Shown here: in pieces, positions 51,921-64,000 of the stretch | Numbering within the stretch: the stretch's first letter is position 1 | Layout of the letters: the number at the start of each line of letters is the position of its first letter | Translations under genes and position numbers: made by a program | Assembly (NCBI GenBank): GCA_964016885.1 | Contig: OZ024744.1 | Coordinates: 54,188,001-54,252,000, forward strand | Origin: Eledone cirrhosa | Lineage: Eukaryota | Direction of reading: 5' to 3' | Length of the DNA stretch: 64,000 nucleotides | The notes under the pieces: generated by a model | What the model was told of the DNA's origin: nothing | Database searches by the model: none | What the model saw: only the letters and a program-made list of their open reading frames with translations

Positions 51921-54900
51921 CAAATCTCCACATACCTCTTGCCGAATCTAGATGCATTGAGAATGCCACTGAATCTGTAAACCACGAAGTGATTGCTATT
52001 GGTGCAGACATAGTTGATCTACAGACATTTGCTGCCATTAATCCAAAGATTGGGATGTGTTCCCCCGAAGCGTGCGTTATTCTATGCCTTGGCCGACCAG
52101 GCACGAAACCCAGGTTAATTAGACTGTTTTTTTCAAACTCAACTTAGGCACGTTCATATCTTTTGGCCTCTGATAAAGCTAGTCGTGAAAGCCTCATTGC
52201 CTTCCGAACATGCCCTGGTCTTTCAACTGATGTCCGCCCAAATCTGCGTGTTGCAGCTTCCTTAAACCGCAGCTCGGAAGAACATGAAAGCTTCAGCCTG
52301 CGTGATGATGGGCAGATAGGGAAATTTAGTAAGGCTGGTGAAACATGGAAAAGAGATACCAGCTGGTCTGAAAACACTGTACCCACAACAACTGACAATA
52401 AAAAAAAACTCTGGGAAACTAAATCAGACAACCTGCCACACTTGCACATAATCATAGACTGGAATCAAGCTACATATTGTTGTCCTTGAATGCACGTAGT
52501 CTATGCAATAAGATTCATCTTTTTCACTCCTACGTCCAAAGTATCAACCCTGACTTCATTACAGTCACCGAAACTTGGGCACATTCCTTACTCTGTGGTG
52601 GGGTTTTCAGCATAACTGGCTACAACTTGTTTCGTAAAGACCGCAATAATCGTTGTGGTGGTGGTGTAATGGTCTACATTCGGTCAAATTTTTCGGCATT
52701 TCCTTGTGTTGATTTGAACCAATCGCAGCAGGAATTATTTTTCTTCGATATACGTATGACCATGTCAACACTTCTTCTTGGTGTTGTTTACCGTCCCCCA
52801 AATTACCATCAGGACACTCAACTTTGTGATATCCTCAGAGTTGCTGCCAGGAAAACAGCCACTTATGTTTTTATTGCAGGGTACTTCAATCACCCTGAGA
52901 TTGACTGGGAAACATTTCGTTGGCCGCCAAGTGCAAATGACTTCCTTGAGCTAGTGCTGGACTCAAACTGGTCCCAAGTAGTCCCCTCCCCAACAAGAGG
53001 TGACAACACTTTGGACCTACTCTTCACCACTACTCCTGAAATGGATCATTAGTGTTACTACTGGTGACTCTGATCATGCTATGACCATTGCCAATCTATC
53101 CCTCATGGGCAGTAACAAAAGCCACAACCATCTCCAAACTGCTCAATTTGACTGGAATAAAATAGACTGGAACTAGTACTGTACCGAGTTGCAACGTCCA
53201 AACTGGCTTGAGTTTTATGACTCTAGAGATGTCAACACTGTACTCCAGAAGATCCTGAGCTCAAAATTGACAGCATGTGCAGCATCGGTGCTACGTAAGC
53301 AGAAAAAAACATCCCAAAAGTGCAATTTGGGATACAGCAGCAGTCCATCTTGACAGAAAAGAATGTCGTAATGCTGAACGTGAGTACAAACTGCATATAT
53401 CTGATGTCAATAAGAAGAAGCGAAATAAATCATCCAACCATCTCAAACAGGTGACAAAAAAGGCAGTGCTTCTATTTGAGCAGCACATAGCAACCAGCCC
53501 TGACAGTAAGGTGTTCTGGACGTATGTTCACTCAAAGCCGAAGCCTCACTCTCTAGTGGTCCTCTTTGCAATCCCCACACAGGCCAGGTTACTGACGACC
53601 CCAAGGAATGCGCAGAGCTCATTTCTGAATGCTATGCAGGCATTTTCCCTATTGAAGACCAGAGTGTACCGTCTCCAACACCTTTGATATCGGATTCTAT
53701 TACAACTATGGAATTTACACCTGCAATGCTGCGACGTCACATTAAAAATAAACGCAACAATGCCTCTCCTGGTCTTGATGGTGTTACGTACCTGCTTCTC
53801 AAATGTGGTGGGTACTTCTTTCTGCACCAGCTATCAAGCTTCTTCCAATTCTGTCTAAACAATGGTGCTACTCCAGAACAGTGGAAAACTGCCAGTGTCT
53901 TTCCTCTGTTCAAAAGGGTGAATGCATATCACCTGTGAACTATCGTCTAGTCAGTCTTACTAGCTGCATTGATGGAATCCTGTGTCAGAGAAATGCTTTG
54001 GAACGTCTGGAACTCTCACAGTCTTATCTGGCCCTCACAATTTGGATTTATCCCTAACTCCAGCTGCTGTGATCAACTTATCGAGTTTCTTGAAGACATC
54101 ACCCAAATCACTGATGGCGGCTATTGGGTGGATATTGTTTACTTTGACTTTGTTAAGGTTTACAATTCTGTGCCACACAAAATACTTATGACAAAACTAT
54201 CTGCAATGGGTGTGAAGGATGATCTTTCTTAACTGGTTGAAGTCCTTCATTCTCGGTCGAAGAGAAGTAGTCACGGTTCTAGGACGGCATTCCTCTCCAT
54301 ATGAAATGTCATCTGATGTACCACAGGGATCCGTTCTTGGCTCCCTTTTGTTTGTGGCATATAATAATGCCATAGATGCCTACTTAAAGAATGCCAGAGT
54401 ACTGAAATATGTAGAAGATATCAAGCTGTACCTTGAGATAAAAAGGACAGATCCTGAACACTCTAGATCTTGCCTGCTATCTCACCTGGACATAATGCAA
54501 CAATGGATCACAGGCTGGCAACTGAAGGCTAGCTGTTGACAAGTGCACATCCATGCATTTTGGGAGTAAAAACCCAGCGTCCACATACTCCCTCCACTAC
54601 ACTAATATCAAGAAGTCTTCTTGTGAACGTGACCTGGACATTACAGTCAGCAGCAATTTCTGTTGGACGAAGCATGTCTCTAAAATTGTCAAGAAGGCCG
54701 AGGGTGTCTTAGCACCACTCAGCAAGACCTTTGTCAGCCGCTCTCCAGCTATCTATTTAAAGCTGTACATAGCTATGGTGCGGCCACACTTACAATATAC
54801 ATCACCAGTCTGGAATCCCTATATTGCTCAGAACATTGACTGCCTGGAAACTGTTCATAGACGTGCAACCAAGCGAACACCCTCCATCGGGCATCTACTA

Positions 54901-55209
54901 TACTCTGAACGTCTTGTTTCCCTGGGCATGGATACATTGAAGCTCCGACGTCTGGCAACTGACTTGGTAAACACCCACAGAACTATTAACCTTCTTGCCA
55001 ACAACAACACTGAGTACCTTTTTGATTTCCATGGGTCTAACACACGTGGGCATGCCCACAAATTCAGAAAACAGCACAGCTCCCATGACTTTCACAAGCA
55101 TTTTATCACGCTCAGAGTTGCTGAAGCATGGAACAAACTCCCTGCAGCACTTGTTAGCTGTCGACACACTGCATCCTTTAAAACGTCCATGCTTCCTGAG
55201 ATTCGTCAA

Positions 55210-55212
<3 letters not shown>
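51921..55212 (+). mobile_element. CR1-type LINE, dead copy E (3' UTR deleted as in copy B)
   Basis: Same motifs; CAACAC fused to (CT)n. Confidence 0.9.
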
Positions 55213-55284
<72 letters not shown>

Positions 55285-55461
55285 TTTTTTTCTCTCTCTC
55301 TCTCTCTCTCTCGTTCTCTCTCTCTCTTCATATGCATATATATATGTACACACACAACACACACATATATATATGTGTATAAGTGTGTGTGTTGTGTATG
55401 TGTGTGTGTGCAAACTCACAACAACCACCATTACTTATTACATGTTCAAATTATGACTTAC

Positions 55462-55521
55462 TTTTTTTTGTAGGTTCAGGCTTCATTGAAGCAATGCGAG
55501 GAGACACTCCAATATGGTCAC
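55462..55521 (-). CDS. 60-nt micro-exon (xDHIGVSPRIASMKPEPTKK)
   Basis: TTCTAG/GTAAGT, phase 1-1. Confidence 0.75.
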
Positions 55522-56412
55522 CTAGAATATATAAACAAAATCATAGTAAACCTACATCTATATATACAAATAACATTACAAATACAAGAAACAGTTATTA
55601 GATTCATTATCTCTGATATATACATATATACCACAACATCCAGTCCTAAATAAATAAGGTCGTGTAGGTGTCGCGACAAAAAACACAAAGGCCACGCTGT
55701 AATGTTCCCGTGTAGGCAAAACTGTAAAAACCTCCCAGTCCACACTGTAAACGTGGTTGGTGTTAGGAAGGCCATCCAGCCGTAGAAAACCTGCCAGATA
55801 GTCCCATACGAGCAAGAAAACCAATCTTGTCTCAAGTGGGAGACTTCCCGTCTAAACCCATGCTAGCGTTGAAGATAGACGTTAAAAGATGATGATGATG
55901 ATGATGATGATTATTCACAAGGTCCAAACACAAATGGACCAAACTCCCGCAGTCCCTGCCATTTATATATATATATATGACGAAAGGATTCAGGACGCCA
56001 ACTGCTTAGTTCCGTAAATATACATTTACTACTAAATTTTCTATAATCATGGCAACAGTCCTAATAAAGAAAATTAGACTTACATACACATGCACAGAGA
56101 GTGCACACACAGAACCTCACACTCACACAAACACAAACAGGGCTCACACAGCCGTAGAAAACCCGCCAGACAGTCCTGAGCAAGACAACCAATCTTGCTT
56201 CAAGTGGGACAATTCCCGTCCAGACCCATGCTAGCGTTGAAAACGGACGTTAAACGATGTTGATAATGATTATAAAAATCATAGTAAACCTACATGTATA
56301 TATACAAATAACATTACAAATACAGGAAACAGTTATTAGATTCATTATCTCTGATATATACATATATACACTAGGTCCAAGTACAAATGACCAAACTCCG
56401 TCTGTACCTGGC

Positions 56413-56514
<102 letters not shown>

Positions 56515-56559
56515 GATAAATTACTGAATATATTAGATGATGTACAAATTATAACTTAC

Positions 56560-56619
56560 CCTTTTCAGTTGATTTGTTCTCTATTGAAGCAATGCGAGGG
56601 GACACTGTAATATGGTCAC
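56560..56619 (-). CDS. 60-nt micro-exon ([20 protein letters not shown])
   Basis: TTCTAG/GTAAGT, phase 1-1. Confidence 0.75.
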
Positions 56620-56791
56620 CTAGAATATATAAACAAAATCATAGTAAACCTAACACTGTATATACAAATAACAATATAAATGCAGGAAACAGTTATTAGA
56701 TTCATTATCTCTGATATATACATATATAGACCAGGTCCAACCATAACTGGACCAACCTCCCTCTGTCCCTGGCATATATATATATATATAT

Positions 56792-57352
56792 ATCATCATC
56801 ATCATCATCATCACCGTTTAACGTCTGTTCTTCCACGCTAGAATGGGTTAGACGGGTTGTCCTGTTGTGGGCAGTGTCTTGTCGGCTGACCATGCCTTGC
56901 TCATAAAGGAACTGATTTGGCTTGATTTCTACAGCTGGATACCCTTCCTAACACCAACCTCATTTACAGTGAGTGCTGGGTGCTTTTTCGTGGAACCTAC
57001 ACGTCCACTTTACAGTGTGGGCTGGGTGCTTTTTTGCCATGGCACCTCCACGACCACCTTGCGATGGGGGTGTGGGGGCATATTGTCTATATGCTTCAGC
57101 TTGTACCCATGGAGGTCGGGTACTCTGTATTACGGCGTGACGCCTTAATTGGGTAAGGCCGGCTTTTATCACCTCATCCCAGGTCATCTTGGGTCTCCCC
57201 ACTCCGCGGTTTCCATCAACTTCTAGTGCTCTGCACATTTTTATACAGCTGTCATCCTTCATACGCATCACATGTCCATACCAGCGCAACCGCCTCTCCT
57301 GCACACAGCATTTGATTCCTCTTATGCTCAGTCTCTCTCTCAATTCATTTAT
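56792..57352 (-). mobile_element. RTE-clade LINE 3' fragment inserted in (TA)n
   Basis: RRLRWYGHVMRM..GRPKMTW on minus; (CAT)n tail; absent from the paralogous (TA)n at ~49535-49600. Confidence 0.88.
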
Positions 57353-57439
57353 GTTTTATATATATATATATATTTATATATAGAGAGACAGGATAAATTA
57401 ATGAATAACTTATTAGATGATGTTCAAATTATAACTTAC

Positions 57440-57499
57440 CCTTTTCAGTTGATTTTGGCTTGACTGAAGCACTGCGAGGGGACACTGTAATATGGTCAC
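57440..57499 (-). CDS. 60-nt micro-exon ([20 protein letters not shown])
   Basis: TTCTAG/GTAAGT, phase 1-1. Confidence 0.75.
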
Positions 57500-58020
57500 C
57501 TAGAATATATAAACAAAATCATAGTAAACCTACATGAATATATACAAATAACATTACAAATACAGGAAACAGTTATTAGATTCATTATATCAGATATATA
57601 CATATTTACATTAGGTCCAAACACAACTGGACCAAACTCCCGCTGTCCCTGCCATTTATATATATATATAGTTATATAAGGAAAGGATTCAGGACGCCAA
57701 CTGCTTAGCTCCATAAATATACATTTACTACTAAATTTTCTATAATCATGGCAACAGTCCTAATAAAGAAAATTAGACTTACATACACACGCACAGGGAG
57801 TGCACACACAGAACCTCACACTTACACAAACACAAAAGGGCCCACACAGAACCTAACACAAACACTCAAAAAACATCACCGGACAAACACATCCAAACAA
57901 GTACACAATGAATTTATATACAACCCAATAAACCTATATGTATACATCAAAATACACATAACACCAGCATCACTTCACTTATATATGTACTCGCTATTTT
58001 ATTCATTAGTTCCACCATAC

Positions 58021-61000
58021 CAAATCTCCACATACCTCTTGCCGAATCTAGATGCATTGAGAATGCCACTGAATCTGTAAACCACGAAGTGATTGCCATT
58101 AGTGTACCAGAAGACATAGTTGATCTACAGACATTTGCTGCCATTCATCCAAAGACTTGGGGTGTGTTCCTCCGTGTGTGCGTGTTCTATGCCTTGGCCG
58201 ACCAGGCACGAAACAGGTTAATTAGACTGTTTTTTTCAAACTCAACTAAGGCACGTTCATATCTTTTGGCCTCTTATAAAGCTAGTGGTGAAAGCCGGAT
58301 TGCCTTCCAAACACGCCTTGGTCTTTCAACTGATGTCCGCCCAAAGCTGGGTGTTGCAGCTTCCTTAAACCGCAGCTCGGCAGAACATGAAAACTTCAGC
58401 CTGCGTGATGATGGGCAGATAGGGAAATTTATTAAGGCTGGTCAAACATGGAAAAGAGAGACCAGCTGGTCTGAAAACACTGTAACCACAACTGACAATA
58501 AAAAAACTCTGGGAAACTAAATCATAACAACCTGCCATCCCTGCACATGATCATAGACTGGAAACAAGCTACAAATTGTTGTCCTTGAATGCACGAAGTC
58601 TATGCAATAAGATTCATCTTTTTCACTCCTACGTCCAAAGTATCAACCCTGACATCATTAGTTACAGAAACTTGGGCTCATTCCTTACTCTGTGATGGGG
58701 TTTTCAGCATAACTGGCTACAACTTGTTTCGTAAAGACCGCAATAATCGTTGTGGTGGTGGTGTAATGGTCTACATTCGGTCAAATTTTTCGACGATTCC
58801 TTGTGTTGATTTGAACCAATCGCAGCAGGAATTATTTTTCTGCGATATACGTATGACCATGTCGACACTTCTTCTTGGTGTTGTTTACCGTCCCCCGAAT
58901 TACCATCAGGACACTCAACTTTGTGATATCCTCAGAGTTGCTGCCAGGAAAACAGCCACTTATGTTTTTATTGCAGGGTACTTCAATCACCCTGAGATTG
59001 ACTGGGAAACCTTTCGTTGGCCGCCAAGTGCAAATGGCTTCCATGAGCTATTGCTGGACTCAAACTGGTCCCAAGTAGTCACCTCCCCAACAAGAGGTAA
59101 CGACACTTTCGACCTACTCTTTACCACTACTCCTGAAATGGATCATTAGTGTTACTACTGGTGACTCTGATCATGCTATGACCATTGCCAATCTATCCCT
59201 CATGGGCAGTTACAAAAGCCACAACCATCTCCAAACTGCTCAATTTGACTGGAATAAAGCAGACTGGAACTGTTACTGTACCGAGTTGCAACGTCCAAAC
59301 TGGCTCGAGTTTTATGACTCTGAAGATATCAACACTGTACTCCAGAAGATCCTGAGCTCAAAATTGACAGCATGTGCAGCATCGGTGCTACGTAAGCAGA
59401 AAAAATATCCCAAAAGTGCAATTTGGGAGACTGCAGCAGTCTGTCTTGCCAGAAAAGAATGTCGTAATGCTGAACGTGAGTACAAACTGCATAAATCAGA
59501 TGTCAATAAGAAGAAGCGAACTAAATCATCCAACCATCTCAAACAGGTGACAAAAAAGGCAGTGTTTCAATTTGAGCAGCATATAGTAACCAGCCCTGAC
59601 AGTAAGGTGTTCTGGACGTATGTTCACTCAAAGCAGAGGCCTCACTCTCCAGTTGGTCCTCTTTGCAATCCCCACGCAGGCCGGGTTATTGACGACCCCA
59701 AAGAATGCGCAGAGCTCATTTCTGAATGCTATGCAGGCATTTTCCCTATTGAATACCAGAGTGTACCGTCTCACCACATTTGACATCGGATTCTATTACA
59801 ACTATGTAATTAACACCTGCAATGCTATGCTACGACGTCACCTTAAAATTAAACGCAACAATGCCTCTCCTGGCCTTGATGGTGTTACGTTCCTGCTTCT
59901 CAAATGTGCTGGGTACTTCTTTCTGCACCAGCTATCAAGCTTCTTCCAATTCTGTCTAAACAATGGTGCTACTCCAGAACAGTGGAAAACTGACAGTGTC
60001 ATTCCTCTGTTCGAAAGGGTGAATGCATATCACCTGTTAACTATCGTCTAGTCAGTCTTACTAGCAGCATTGATGGAATCCTGTGTTACAGAAATGCTTT
60101 GGAACTTCTGGAACTCTCACAGTCTTATCTGACCCTCATAATTTGGATTTATCCCTAACTCCAGCTGCTGTGATCAATTTATCGAGTTTCTTGAAGACAT
60201 CACCCAGATCACTGATGGCGGCTCATGGGTGGATATTGTTTACCTTGACTTTGTAAAAGTTTGTAAATCTGTGCCACACAAAAGACGTATGGCAAAACTC
60301 TCTGCAATGGGTGTGAAGGATAATCTTTCTTAACTGGTTGAAGTCATTCTCAGTCAAAGAGAAGTAGTCACGTTTCTAGGACGGCATTCTTCTCCATAAG
60401 AAATGCCATCTGATGTACCACAGTGATCTTTTCTTGGCTCCCTTTTGTTTGTGGCATATATTAATGACATCGATGCCAACTTAAAGATTGCCACAGTACT
60501 GAAATATGTAGATGACATCGAGCTCTACTTTGAGATAGAAAGGACAGATCCTGAACACTATAGATTTTGCCTGCTATCTCACCTGGACACAACGCAACAA
60601 TGGATCACAGGCTGGCAAGTGAAGGCTGGCTGTGGACAAGTGCACAACCATGCATTTTGGGAGTAAAAACCCAGCATCCACATATTCCCTCCATAACACT
60701 AATATCAAGAAATCTTCTTGTGAACGTGACCTAGGCATTACAGTCAGCAGCAATTTCTGTTGGACGAAGCACGTCTCTAAAATTGTCAAGAAGGCCGAGG
60801 GTGTCTTAGCATCACTCAGCAAGACCTTTGTCAGCCGCTCTCCAGCTATCTATTTAAAGCTGTACATAGCTATGGTGTGGCCACACTTACAATTTGCATC
60901 ACCAGTCTAGAATCCCTATCTTGCTCAGAACATTGATTGCCTGGAAACTGTTCAGAGACGTGCAACCAAGCGAATACCCTCCATCGGGCATCTCCTATAC

Positions 61001-61458
61001 TGTGAACGTCTTGTTTCCCTGGGCATGGATACATTGAAATTCCGACGTCTGGCAACTGACTTGGTAAACACCCACAAAATGATTAACCATCTTGCCAACA
61101 ACAACAACACTGAGTACCTTTTTGATTTCCATGTGTCTAACACACGTGGGCATGCCCACAAAGTCAGAAAACAGATCCCATGACTTTCACAAGCATTTTA
61201 TCACACTCAGAGTTGCTGAAGGATGGAACAAACTCCCTGCACCTGTTGTTAGCTCTCAAGACACTGCATCCTTTAAAACATCCATGCTTCCTGAGATTCG
61301 CTAACACTACACCTAATATTAACCCTCATTACACATGCACACATGTATATCATGACTCATACACTATTCACTTCCCTGACATTTGTATATTATTCTATGT
61401 ACTATAAATGCACCTTTGATGAGTTTTAGTGCACCTGATCACTGTACACAATAATTTC

Positions 61459-61461
<3 letters not shown>
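58021..61461 (+). mobile_element. CR1-type LINE, dead copy F
   Basis: Same motifs, junction and frameshifts, plus private stops. Confidence 0.9.
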
Positions 61462-61512
<51 letters not shown>

Positions 61513-62220
61513 CATTGTTTTTCTCCATAAAATAATTTGTAAGGTAAAAATATATTGGTTTCCGATTTAGGACCAGGCCTTCAATTTAGGGAAAGTCAAT
61601 AAAATCGACGCCAGTGCATTTGTGGTACTTTATTTATCGAACACATAAGTATAAAAATTATAGGAAAGGTAGGAAGGGGAAGGTACAAATAAAATGAAAA
61701 CAATAATATGCTGCTCAAAAGTTACCAGGGGCATGTGAGGGAATTTCTTTTAGGATATTATCACAATGAGGACACATGTTCTAAAATAGGGGAGTAGACT
61801 CTTACTTCCTGCTCCATAATTACAGTAAGTGCGATTGTGAATGACCTTGAAGTATATGTTTGGCTAACAGAGAAAAAGGGAGGTAAATCTTCCTATCTTG
61901 AAGAAGAAATAAAATTCTTTCTTCTCCAGGAATGGTGTGTTGAGTACTACAGTCTGACATGCTAAGATTAAAAGAAAAATACTAATTGTCATTTTACCTA
62001 CAATATCACATGTGTGTGTATATGACAGGTAGAAAGTGTTTGTATATGTATAAACATCTCTCTCTCTCTCTCTCTCTTCATATGCATATAAATATGTACA
62101 CACACAACACACACATATATATATATATGTGTATATGTGTGTGTGTGGTGTATGTGTGTGTGTGTGCACACTCACACCAACCACCATTACTTATTACATG
62201 ATGTTCAAATTATAACTTAC

Positions 62221-62280
62221 TTTTTTTTGTAGGTTCAGTCTTCATTGAAGCAATGCGAGGAGACACTGCAATATGGTCAC
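62221..62280 (-). CDS. 60-nt micro-exon (xDHIAVSPRIASMKTEPTKK)
   Basis: TTCTAG/GTAAGT, phase 1-1. Confidence 0.75.
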
Positions 62281-62524
62281 CTAGAATATATAAACCAAAT
62301 CATAGTAAACCTACATGTATATATACAAATAACATTACAAATACAGGAAACAGTTTTTAGATTCATTATCTCTGATATATACATATATACACTAGGTCCA
62401 AGCACAAATGACCAAACTCCCTTTGTACCTGGCATATATATATATATATATATACATATATTTATATATATAGAGAAAGGATAAATTACTGAATATATTA
62501 GATGATGTACAAGTTATAACTTAC

Positions 62525-62584
62525 CCTTTTTAGTGAATTTTGGCTTGATTGAAGCAATGCGAGGGGACACTGTAATATGGTCAC
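62525..62584 (-). CDS. 60-nt micro-exon ([20 protein letters not shown])
   Basis: TTCTAG/GTAAGT, phase 1-1. Confidence 0.75.
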
Positions 62585-63106
62585 CTAGAATATATAAACA
62601 AAATCATAGTAAACCTACCACTGTATATACAAATAACAATATAAATGCAGGAAACAGTTATTAGATTCATTATCTCTGATATATACATATATACCACAAC
62701 ATCCAGTCCTAAATAAATAAGGTCGTGTAGGTGTCACAACAACAAAAAAAAACAGGCCACACCTTAATGTTCCCGTGTAGGTAACACGGTAAAAACCTCC
62801 CAGTTCACACTGTTAACGTGGTTGGAGGTAGGAAGGGCATCCAGCCGTAGAAAACCTGCCAGATAGTCCCATACGAGCAAGACAACCAATCTTGTTTCAA
62901 GTGGGACAATTCCCGTCTAAAGCCATGCTAGCGTTGAAGTTAGACGTTAAACGATTATGATGATGATGATGATGATGATGATGATACACAAGGTCCAAAC
63001 ACAAATGGACCAAACTCCCGCTGTCTCAGCCATGTATATATATATATATAGTGAAAGTACAAAATTATTGAATAACTTATTAGATGATGTTCAAATTATA
63101 ACTTAC

Positions 63107-63166
63107 CCTTTTTAGTTGATTTTGGCTTGATTGAAGCACTGCGAGGGGATACTGTAATATGGTCAG
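63107..63166 (-). CDS. 60-nt micro-exon ([20 protein letters not shown])
   Basis: TTCTAG/GTAAGT, phase 1-1. Confidence 0.75.
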
Positions 63167-63330
63167 CTAGAATATATAAACAAAATCATAGTAAACCTAC
63201 ATGTATATATACAAATAACATTACAAATACAGGAAACTATTATCACATTCATTATCTCTGATATATACATATATACACCAGATCTAAACATAAATGGACC
63301 AAACTCCCGCTTCCCCTGCCATATATATAT

Positions 63331-63496
63331 ATCTATCTATCTAAAGCGGGTAAAATTCCCGAGATCCATGGACGAGTTCTCTCCAGCGGTCTCTGTCCCT
63401 CATTATCGCTGCCATGTCCTGCGTCTCCAACAGACCAGTGTTTGTCCTTAGGGCATCAACAAACGTTAACCTTGGTCTTCCTCTTCTAGTGTGTCC
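63331..63496 (-). mobile_element. 3' tip of a different RTE-like LINE family with (ATAG)n tail
   Basis: Minus translation GHTRRGRPRLTFVDALRTNTG..MRDRDRWRELVHGSREFYPL*, stop abutting the tail. Confidence 0.75.
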
Positions 63497-63948
63497 ATAT
63501 AGTGAAAGGATTCAGGACGTCAACTGGTTAGCTCCGTAAATATAAATTTACTACCAAATCTTCTATAATCATGGCAATAGTCCTAATAAAGAAAATGTAT
63601 TCTTACATACATGCGCACAGAGATTGTACAAACAGAACCTCACACTCACACAAACAGAGCTGACACAGTCAAAAAAGCATCACCGGACAAACGCACCCAA
63701 ACAAGTACACAATTAATTTATATACAACCCAATATACCTATATGTATACATCAACATACACATAACACCAACATCACTTCACTTATATATGAACACACTA
63801 TTTTATTCATTAGTTCCACCATACACATTACATAAACTTCCACGTATACAAATATACAATATTATGTCAATTTGATATTAATGTTGAAACACCCTGTAAT
63901 AGTATTCTGTACTAACTGGGTAGAAAATGTGTTTGAAATACAACTTAC

Positions 63949-63978
63949 TTTCTTTTGATCCACCTTTGATAGGTGTGT
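63949..63978 (-). CDS. 30-nt phase-1 micro-exon (xTPIKGGSKE), upstream exon of the same gene
   Basis: Minus TCTTTGTCTCTCAAACAG|ACACACCTATCAAAGGTGGATCAAAAGAAA|GTAAGT. Confidence 0.6.
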
Positions 63979-64000
63979 CTGTTTGAGAGACAAAGATAGC

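Overview
Eukaryotic (animal) AT-rich, repeat-dense DNA with one 200-N gap. The SINE/LINE families and (TA)n/(GAT)n microsatellites look like coleoid cephalopod (octopus-type) DNA, but that is recollection, not verified. Most ORF-track entries are microsatellite noise or decayed LINE pieces. Three layers of structure are visible. (1) A hidden minus-strand gene not seen by the ORF track: 19 tandem copies of an exactly 60-nt, phase-1 symmetric micro-exon (consensus [20 protein letters not shown]), a 30-nt micro-exon at the right edge, and candidate terminal exons at 8.9-19.6 kb. The array was expanded by segmental duplication that also copied one dead CR1-type LINE six times. (2) Two unrelated, near-identical tandem arrays (310-bp and 466-bp units) in which every complete unit carries a minimal type I hammerhead ribozyme, i.e. 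retrozyme-like elements. The 466-bp array is a 4.1-kb head-to-head inverted insertion into a (TA)n tract that is empty in three paralogous copies, and it lies in an intron of the micro-exon gene. (3) Many RTE-clade LINE fragments (one near full length, with a PHD-like finger), tRNA-derived SINEs and a 33-bp minisatellite.
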